From contig CAVZJB010000018.1 of NCBI GenBank assembly GCA_963775425.1, positions 211,582 through 275,581 on the forward strand: DNA of 64,000 nt. The letters run 5' to 3'. Every line of letters starts with the position of its first letter. The stretch's first letter is position 1. The DNA comes from an uncultured delta proteobacterium (lineage in GTDB: Bacteria; Myxococcota; UBA727; VGSZ01). Below, piece after piece: positions 56,358 to 64,000 of this stretch. The notes under the pieces were generated by a model. That model saw only the letters and a list, made by a program, of their open reading frames with translations, had not been told where the DNA came from and searched no databases. A program made the translations under genes and the position numbers.

Positions 56358-56807
56358 CTACTTCGGCCGCGCGACGCGCTTGCCAACCTTCGCGATGGGG
56401 CGCTTGAGAATGTCGGCCAGGCCCTCGGCGTGGAGCGACGCGGTGTTCTTCCACTCGATCAGCAGTCGGCCGAGCGACGTGAAGTCGCCGAGGTCCGCGC
56501 AGGCCTCGAACTCGCGCACGAATTCCTTCACGAACTGTTTTCGATCGTCGTCGGGCAGGAAACGCGTCCACGGAAGCCGCACATCCACGTCGCTCCGATC
56601 GCGCGCAGCCTCGGCGGCGGCGGGCGCCAGCAAGCGCGCCGCGGTCGCGAGCGCATCGCGCGTGTTGTCGTCAGCGGCAGCGCGGGTCAGGCGCAGCGGC
56701 TCCGCGTCCCGCCGCTTCAACAGCACGTCACCTTTCGCCAACAGCGGCTCGACGAGCGTGGGCTCGCGAAGGAAGGCGCTCCAGGTCAGCTCGTGTGTCT
56801 GGCTCAT
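56358..56807 (-). CDS. Putative Phd-like antitoxin
   Basis: WSAFLREP...DVLLKRRDAEPL Phd-like N-terminus; LPWTRFL...EWKNTA; 2 nt from the toxin start. Confidence 0.65.
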   Translation of the reverse strand: MSQTHELTWSAFLREPTLVEPLLAKGDVLLKRRDAEPLRLTRAAADDNTRDALATAARLLAPAAAEAARDRSDVDVRLPWTRFLPDDDRKQFVKEFVREFEACADLGDFTSLGRLLIEWKNTASLHAEGLADILKRPIAKVGKRVARPK

Positions 56808-57189
56808 GCAGACATTATTCAGATGTTATGCGGATGTCGCAAGCGATCCTGCAACCGCGCGAGATCGAACGAGAAGCGCGCCCGGTGTGACGATTTTGAG
56901 ACCGCGTTGAGCAAGAACGACGTCGACAACTGAGCTGTCCGGACGCAAGCGACGCCGAAGGCGGCGCGCAGCGGGGGAGTGAGGGGGGCCCGCGTCCGGC
57001 TTTGCCGGCGCGGGGGAGCGAACCGGAGGTTCGCTCCTCGGCGAGCGCATGCGAGCCGACAAGGAAACGCGCGCCCGGCTTGAGGATTTTCGAAACGACT
57101 GTCGAGACGCCGCTCACAGCGGCACGATGCTGCGCGTCGGAACCATCCGCACATAGATGGTGACGAGGTTTTTGGATGTTGCGATCAGC

Positions 57190-57717
57190 TTATCATCGGA
57201 CGGGAGTTGCGCCCGACGCGTAGAATCACTGCGGCGACGACTCCGGAATTGGTATCCCCCAACGAGCCTGCAAATTCTTCGCGCGCAGGTCGACCGGCGT
57301 CACCTCGAACCCAACCGGTTTTAACCGCGTGGCGATGTGCGCCCGCAGCTTGGCCACGCGTTGTCTGAGTTCGGCGGTCCCCGCCAGTACAGAACATAAC
57401 CAGACGCAGACTGGCTGATCGTCAAGTAGATGCCCGTGCAGTCCAGCGCCGCGCACGAGGTACGCGACGTAAACGCCCTCGCTTGTCTTTGTGGTCTCAG
57501 CGCGTCAAGCACAGCCAGCCAAGGCACGGTTGCCCACCTCCCTTGGCCCGCCGACCACCGGACCGTGAGCCGAGAATCCAGGTTCATCTCCATGATCTCT
57601 CGGCTGCGCGACGAAAGAGCGGGCGCGCCGGGTGGTCTCGCCGCACGGTGGGCTCCCGCGCGGACGCTTGGGAACAATTCCAACCCGTCCAAGCGTGTTG
57701 GCGAACTCGTCTTTCAT
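57190..57717 (-). pseudogene. DUF3578 / McrB N-terminal-like domain, frameshifted
   Basis: VRWSAGQGRWATVPWLAVLD and GIYLTISQ motifs; ORF broken across frames. Confidence 0.65.
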
Positions 57718-57817
57718 TCAGTGACCACGAGCCGTCCGTTCTACTGCGCCTTCTCAGAGCCAGCCGAATCTCCGCGATGAACTCTTCCCGCCGGACGGCA
57801 TCGTGAACGTGCATGCG

Positions 57818-58984
57818 CTAATGAGGCGCAAAAATGTGGCGAGCCGGGTGGAAACACCTCGCACGTGTAGTCAACGGCCGTCGAGCGCGACATTTGAAGG
57901 AGGGAGCCTTCCGGAATTTTGAGCGAAGGTCCGGAGAGATGGTCACGTTCGAATTTCGCTTTTCGTCTCGTAATACACTGTATTCAACGGGAAGCTTGAG
58001 ACCGCATAGCTCGCCTTGCCCGCTTTGTCGTAGACCACCCAATCCGTGAGCGGGTCCGGGGTCTGCTGCGGATAGGACGGGTTGCCCGCCTTTTTCGGCG
58101 TTGTCTTGCCTTTGAACGGAAATCCGAAGAACGCCGGATGCTGGTTGACGGCGAGCTTGCTTAGGAAGACCTCGCCATTGTGATGCGGAACAATCTCCAT
58201 CAGCAGCGCCCGAGGCACCGATACGAGCTTCGTACCGCTTTTCTTCTTGGGCGCGCCGGCCGCAGCAGTCGAAGCGGCGCCATGGACAGCGGCTGCCTTC
58301 GGCCGCGGACGCGGGCAACAATCGGAGTCGAGGGGAAAAAGACCGGGGTTTGAGGTCGTCCATGCTTTGCCGAGGCGCGCTCCGCCGCCGCTCCTCGTCG
58401 CAGACTCGTCGAAGAGCAGTCCGTCTTTCATCAAGGCGTCGAGAAGCGCGTCTGTGACCTTGAGAGCGTTCGGATGGCCGGCGAGCGACGACCACCCAGC
58501 CCTGAAGGGCGCCCACAGGGATTCTTCCCCTGGAAGCTTTGCCTCGAACGAGATGCTCGACTCGGAGTTGGTCTCCGTCCCTCCTAACGTCAAGTTGTGC
58601 GAGCCGACAAGCACGGCACCGGACGTTTTCCCTTCGAATAAGTATATCTTAGAATGGAAGGTAACGAGCGAGCTTGGATGCTGCCAAATCCTTACCGTCT
58701 TGAAATCTTGCTAGCGCGAACCTGAGGGCTTAGACGGACGTGCCAACCTGGTCGATGCCAAAGATTGCGTCGACCTCGCCTCCGCGCGCGGAGAACGCAG
58801 TGATCGCCTGCTCCAAACGGAGGAGCGGTGCCTCCTTCGCGTAGGCAACCGCGATGCGGAGGCTTGTGTACGCGTTGTTCTTGAGACCCTGCTCGATCCA
58901 ATCGAGCCCCCGCCGCACGCCAAAGGGCTGATCGAGTGGCGCGAAGAACTGGATGTTTGGCACTGCCCATCTTCCCACGGTCAC
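57818..58984 (-). pseudogene. PLD-family (HKD) restriction endonuclease-like gene, disrupted as assembled
   Basis: LRIAVAYA..IFGID..GTS, then FHSKIYLFE...VGSHNLTLGG...N.E; in-frame stop at 58730 plus frameshifts; ends approximate. Confidence 0.75.
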
Positions 58985-59063
58985 GGACCTCCTCGTTTTT
59001 TCGTTGGCGAGAAACTCGGGCGCGGTGGTACAGCCCAGACTATGACCGGAACATCTGTTCAGC

Positions 59064-61826
59064 ATGACCTCCCCGAAACGTCCAAGAACCGAGCTGCGGA
59101 AGATCTCGCGTCGCTGACACAACTACGTGATGCAAAAGGTGTTCTGGAGAGACTTGGTCGTGTCGATGGGGATTTCACGACGACGACACCTCGTACCTAA
59201 CCCACGACCTCCACCCCTATCCGGCGAAGTTCATCCCACAGATCCCTTCGACGTTGGTTCGAGCTCTTTCCCTCCGTGGAGAACTCGTTTGGGATCCGTT
59301 CTGCGGCTCGGGAACGACGGGACTTGAGGCCCTCAGACTTGGGCGACGGGTCGTCTGCACGGACATCAACCCGCTGGCCGTCCTGATCACCTCCAGCAAA
59401 ATCGACGGCGCTCACACCAGAAGAACGCCTCGAGCTCGCCGAGCTTCGTGAACGAGTCGTCCTCCTCACTCAGGCGGGCGATTGTCGTCGACAGGTGGAG
59501 CGTCACGCGGCCCGAGCTGAGCGATTCGTTCCAACAATTCCAAACATCGAGCATTGGTTCTCTCAGCTCGCGATTCGCGAACTTTCATATCTACTGATGG
59601 AAATCGAAACCATTGATGGTGAAACCGCACGTGCCTTTGCGAGAGCATGCTTCTCATCAATCATCGTGAACACTTCAAACCAAGACGAGGAGACGAGGTA
59701 CGCACGGCGGGAAAAGGATTGTCTCGTCAGGCGAGATCCTTACGATGTTCTCGAACGCGCTTGATCGGAACCTGCAAAAGCATGAGCCACTCGAGCGACT
59801 CCTCGGTTATCGGAAGGTCGAGACACATCTCTTGGACGCTCGCGACCTGGATGACGTTGGTGCTGTCAAGGACGGGTCGATCGACCTCGTCGTCTGTTCG
59901 CCCCCGTACGCAAATGCAACCGACTATCATCTGTATCACCGATTCCGGTTGTTCTGGCTTGGCTTTGATCCACACGAGATGGCACGCGCGAGATCGGCTC
60001 TCACCTGCGTCATCAGCGCGAGAAAGCGGGCTTCGAGCTGTACGAAACGGAGATGCGCCGAGTGTTGGTGCGGTTCTCGGCAGCGTTGCGAGCTGGACGC
60101 TATGCAGCGCTGGTTGTCGGTGATTCTGTATTCGCGGGCAAGACGATCCGCACAGCCGATGTTCTGCTTGAAGCAGCCGCAGCATGCGGCCTCGAGGCGG
60201 TGGGCTCACGTCGGCCGGTTCACCCGACCAAACGCTCATTCGTCGTCGCGGGTCGTCGAGCTCGAATCAGAGGACATCGTTCTTCTACGAAAGCCGCCGA
60301 AACGCCTGAAGGTGTTCCTCGGTGCGCCGAAATATCGGCTCTGGCCGTACGAGGAGCGCCTGCGGCGAATGGAAGCATCAACGTTGCTCAAAACGAAATT
60401 GCCGGACACGATCGAACTTCAATCGGAGGTCGATTGTTATGAGGTAAATCGAGTTCGTCGACTCACCTTCACGCGTGATGTGCACCTCGACGGTGAGTGC
60501 GCCCGGCCAACATGGCAGGCGGCACTGGAGTCGAGCGACCCTGCAAGCAACCGCAAGGACCCCAAATACCTGACGCACGGAAATTCATCCCTACAAAGGA
60601 AAGTTCTACCCACAGCTCGCCAAGTCCTTGCTGAACATCTCCGGCGCGGAGCCGGGCGCAACCGTTTTCGATCCCTTCTGTGGCAGCGGTACCGTGCTCC
60701 TTGAAGCGCAGCTGAGCGGGTTTCGCGCAGGAGGCTGCGATGTTCACCCACTGGCCATCCTGATCTCTCGCGCGAAGACAGCCGTGGCGCTCGAGAGCGC
60801 AGTTCTTCTAGAATCGTGCTCTCTCCAATTTCGGGAGGGCCACCAGTTCGGACAAGAGCAAGGAATCGGATCGAGCCTTTTTCCGCGCGGACCTCCTGAT
60901 AGAACTTGAGAGTTGGTTCCCTGCGCCGGTCGTTCGAAAGCTCGGCTGGTTGCGGCACCAGATTGAACGTGTCCAGTTCGACCGCGCGGCTTGTGTTGCT
61001 CGTTCTGCTCTCAAGCATCATTCGGGAGGTCTGACACCAGATCCTGGGGATCTGCGAATCCGCCGTCGGAAGGAGCCTCTTGAGGACGCGCCCGTTCTTG
61101 AGATGCTTGCTGAACGCCTCTCGCTCTTTCGGGGTCGGCTCCTACAGTTTGAGCGCCAGCGTGCGTCGGCGCCATTCGAGTTCCAGCCCGCTCACGTCTT
61201 CGAGATGAACTCGCGCGACCTGGCCACACAAACCGCTCTTCGCAGCAGCGTCGATGTTGTCATCACGAGTCCGCCGTATGCGACGGCCTTGCCATACATT
61301 GATACCGATCGCCTCAGCCTTCTCGCTGTTCTCGATCTTGCCTCCAGTGATCGGGCTGTGCTTGAAGGAAGGCTCACGGGATCGCGCGAGATTCGCGGCG
61401 GTGAGCGAAAGCGCTTGGAGGCTGAGATCCGCGATCCGAAGAAGCTTCGCGCGCTGGGATCCCGGACCGCCGAAGGTATCATTCACGGGATTCTCGATCT
61501 GAAATTCCAGTGCTGACGTCGGGTTTCGACGGCAGAACATGGCGGCACTACTCCTTCGCTATTTTCGTGACATGCGCTTGGTATTCGAGAGCCTCAAGAG
61601 CGTCGTCCGCACAGGCGGCGATGTCTTTGTCGTCATCGGCAACAACAAGACCACCGCTGGAGGGCAGGAGATCGAGGTCGAGAGCACCACCGCTCTGATC
61701 GAACTTGGCGCTAGCGTCGGATGGGCGCTTGAGGATGTCATCGGAATTTCGGTCACGAAAGAAGCGCTTGTCCACGCGCGCAACAGCATCTCCGAGAACG
61801 CCGTACTCTGGTTCAAGGCGAGCTAG
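59064..61826 (+). pseudogene. Double-domain amino (probably N4-cytosine) DNA methyltransferase, multiply frameshifted
   Basis: Two sets of motifs: PAKFIPQ/DPFCGSGT/SPPY (59220-59910) and HPYKGKFYPQ/DPFCGSGT/SPPY (60586-61280). Confidence 0.8.
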
Positions 61827-61936
61827 GACGCCGGCGTCCTCGAAAAAAGGTGTCAGCATGACGGGGGTACGGAGGTGACACTTTCAACGTCGACAAGCCG
61901 CTGCTTTCACTGCGTTTGACACCAAATTGACGATGT

Positions 61937-62112
61937 GCCAGCGACCTCCAGACTCACGCCCAATAAGGGCATTCGCCTGCCGGCACCCTTCGGGTGTCGC
62001 TGACGCGACGGGCCGGTACGCGCTGGCAAGTCCGCAATAGCGTCCATGCCATCGCTCGCCGCACACGCAACAGCGTGTGTCGCTTCGCGACGAGCGGCGG
62101 GAGGTCGCTGGC
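61937..62112. repeat. 176-bp element with 13-bp terminal inverted repeats, copy A
   Basis: GCCAGCGACCTCC...GGAGGTCGCTGGC; direct homolog at 63433-63606. Confidence 0.85.
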
Positions 62113-63293
62113 CACGAAGCACTTCAACATCGAAGCGCACAACGAGGCGAAGCGGTACGATCGCCGCGTGGGAAATTCCGGAGCGCGTTCTCGGCATCGA
62201 TCTCGCACAGAGCTGGCAGAACACAGGCTCGGCGTTGATCGAATTCGATCGTGCAGCGCAGTCCATCATCAGCGTCGTCGCTCCTGCACTCGGGTGGCCG
62301 GGCGGATCGTTCACAGCAACCGCCGTCGCCGACGCGATCGACGGCTTCGCTCGCAAGCAGAAGGTGACAGCGGTCGCGCTCGATGGGCCGCAAGGATGGC
62401 GCGACCCTGCGACGCCGTCATCCCTGAAGGGCGTCGGGCGGCGCTGCGAATACGAGTGCCGGACCCAGGCGAAGACGGGCGTTCACCCAACGACGTTTCC
62501 CGGAAACCAGCGCCCGTGGATCGAGCTCTGCGTGGAGATCTTCGACGAGCTCGCGCGGAAGCCCGGGGTTGTCGTCGGGAACGTCGGCGTCGTCGCTCCC
62601 GGAACCGGCTACGTGATTCTCGAGTGCTTCCCGACCTCCGCTTGGCGGGCAAGCGCTCTCACGCCGCTTCCATCGAAGAAGAAGCACCCCGTGCTCGCGA
62701 GCTACACGGCGGCGCTGCGTTCGGCGTTCGTCCTGCCGGCGCTGACGCCAGGAAGCCACACACACGATGACCTGCAAGCGGCGGTTGCCGCACTGACGGC
62801 GATGGCGTTTGTCGGCGGACCAGCGATCCCGATCGCACGCGGGGTTCCCGCTGCCGCCGCCGTCGGCGCGGACGGGGTCTCGCGTCGCGTCGAGGGCATC
62901 ATCTGGGACGCAAGGCCGCTTTCGATCTCAGCGGCGGTTGGTGCGAACGCGCCACCGCTCGCCAAGCCACCGTCGCCGTCGGCTGGGACTGCGGCAGCGC
63001 TTCCCGCGGTCTACGTGAGCACGAGCGCACTCGCGCACGCGAACTCGACGAAGAACCGGAGCCAGATGCAGATCGTCCTCGCAGGCCTTCCCGGTGGAAC
63101 AAAGGCGAAGCGCATCAAGCTTCGACTCGTCATCGATGACGAGCGCTACATCGTCGTCGTTGGCGACTCGCATGCAGCGTGGCGATCGCACCAGACTGAT
63201 GAGACGCTCGATGACTTCGACACCCTCTTTGCCAACCTTGCGGACACGGCGGACGAGCGCCGCGCACTCGAAGACTTCGCCATCCTCCCGTAG
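62046..63293 (+). CDS. DUF429-like RNase H-fold nuclease with extra C-terminal domain (true start probably near 62170)
   Basis: VLGIDLA, VALDGPQGW, RRCE, LECFP, DDLQA. Confidence 0.72.
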   Translation: MPSLAAHATACVASRRAAGGRWPRSTSTSKRTTRRSGTIAAWEIPERVLGIDLAQSWQNTGSALIEFDRAAQSIISVVAPALGWPGGSFTATAVADAIDGFARKQKVTAVALDGPQGWRDPATPSSLKGVGRRCEYECRTQAKTGVHPTTFPGNQRPWIELCVEIFDELARKPGVVVGNVGVVAPGTGYVILECFPTSAWRASALTPLPSKKKHPVLASYTAALRSAFVLPALTPGSHTHDDLQAAVAALTAMAFVGGPAIPIARGVPAAAAVGADGVSRRVEGIIWDARPLSISAAVGANAPPLAKPPSPSAGTAAALPAVYVSTSALAHANSTKNRSQMQIVLAGLPGGTKAKRIKLRLVIDDERYIVVVGDSHAAWRSHQTDETLDDFDTLFANLADTADERRALEDFAILP

Positions 63294-63432
63294 CTCCCGC
63301 GCGCCAGGGCGCGGGACGCCAGCGTCCCGTCAATTGGTGTCAATTGGTGTCAGTACAATGGGGAGGCACATGCGACACTTCTTGAGGCGCTACATCGCCG
63401 AATCAAAAGCATGTGACACGTACTGACGTGGC

Positions 63433-63606
63433 GCCAGCGACCTCCAGACTCACGCCCAACAAGGGCATTCGTCTGCCAGCACGCTCCGCGTGTCGCGCTG
63501 AGGCGCGACGAGCCGGCCGCGCTGTCGAGTTCGCAACGGCGATCTCGTCTGCGCTCACCGCACGCTTCGCGTGTCGCTACGCGACGGGCGGCGGGAGGTC
63601 GCTGGC
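63433..63606. repeat. 174-bp element with 13-bp terminal inverted repeats, copy B
   Basis: Same termini and first ~60 bp as copy A; diverged centre. Confidence 0.85.
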
Positions 63607-63730
63607 GAAATCCATCGATCTGGTGACCGCGTGCGGGACGACACGCAGCAGGGGCTCGGGCTCGAGCAACACGAAGCTGCGCCGTCACCATCGCCCGCGA
63701 AGTGCGGGGCGACGGCGACGGCGACACGAA

Positions 63731-63967
63731 ATGCGGCGAGCGCGCTCGGCTCGATCGCCGACGTGTGTGCTGGAGGTGCTCATGCTGCTGGAAGAAACGC
63801 CGAGCGGAAACCTGCGCATGTATTCGCCGGCGAACCCTGAGGGTGCCGTGCGCTTCACGCGCGCCGACATTCAAACGATTGCCAGCGTCTTCGAGCTGCT
63901 CGACCGATGGGCTCAGGACGACGCGACGACGGGGAACGCGATCGGTGACGTTCGCTCCCCGTCGTGA
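63731..63967 (+). CDS. Small hypothetical protein
   Basis: Coding-like 3' part of ORF 63413-63967 downstream of repeat copy B; start uncertain. Confidence 0.35.
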   Translation: MRRARSARSPTCVLEVLMLLEETPSGNLRMYSPANPEGAVRFTRADIQTIASVFELLDRWAQDDATTGNAIGDVRSPS

Positions 63968-64000
63968 TCTGATCTTTCTCAGCGAGGTGAACATGAACGT

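Noticed and set aside
59064-61826. Programmed frameshifting in the methyltransferase
   Set aside because: Too many breaks, also in neighbouring genes, without consistent slippery sites.
61937-63606. Canonical integron attC sites
   Set aside because: Only a left-end-like GCCCAAC/T; no complementary GTTRRRY end and no integrase in the window. Kept as an unexplained repeat.

Overview
Very GC-rich window with a Myxococcota/deltaproteobacterial signature: many Hanks-type Ser/Thr kinases, PilZ, PEGA, Cys-rich and (GE)n lipoproteins. The taxon is inferred from gene content only. Recognisable core genes are dmpG/mhpE (partial), mhpF, glnA, glnB, dcd and a PlsC-like acyltransferase. Five things stand out. 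(1) A tightly coupled minus-strand operon (22596-15690) encodes two kinases, a ferritin-like diiron protein, an active plus a degenerate ATP-grasp, a Zn-finger protein with two tandem Bd0055-like histone folds, and a CXXCH protein. (2) An intact IS110 (36742-38246) sits at the dcd stop codon, and its bridge-RNA target and donor guides can be read directly from the sequence. (3) Two divergent four-helix-bundle (23S-IVP/Avd-like) genes each have their start region locked in a long hairpin, and they lie between GTAG-REP tandem arrays. (4) A lower-GC defence-type island from about 57.1 kb carries a DUF3578/McrB-N fragment, a PLD nuclease, a double-domain DNA methyltransferase and a DUF429 nuclease bracketed by composite repeats, with many frameshifts. 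(5) Several non-autonomous IS/MITE derivatives are present. All calls come from motif recognition by eye; no database searches were run.
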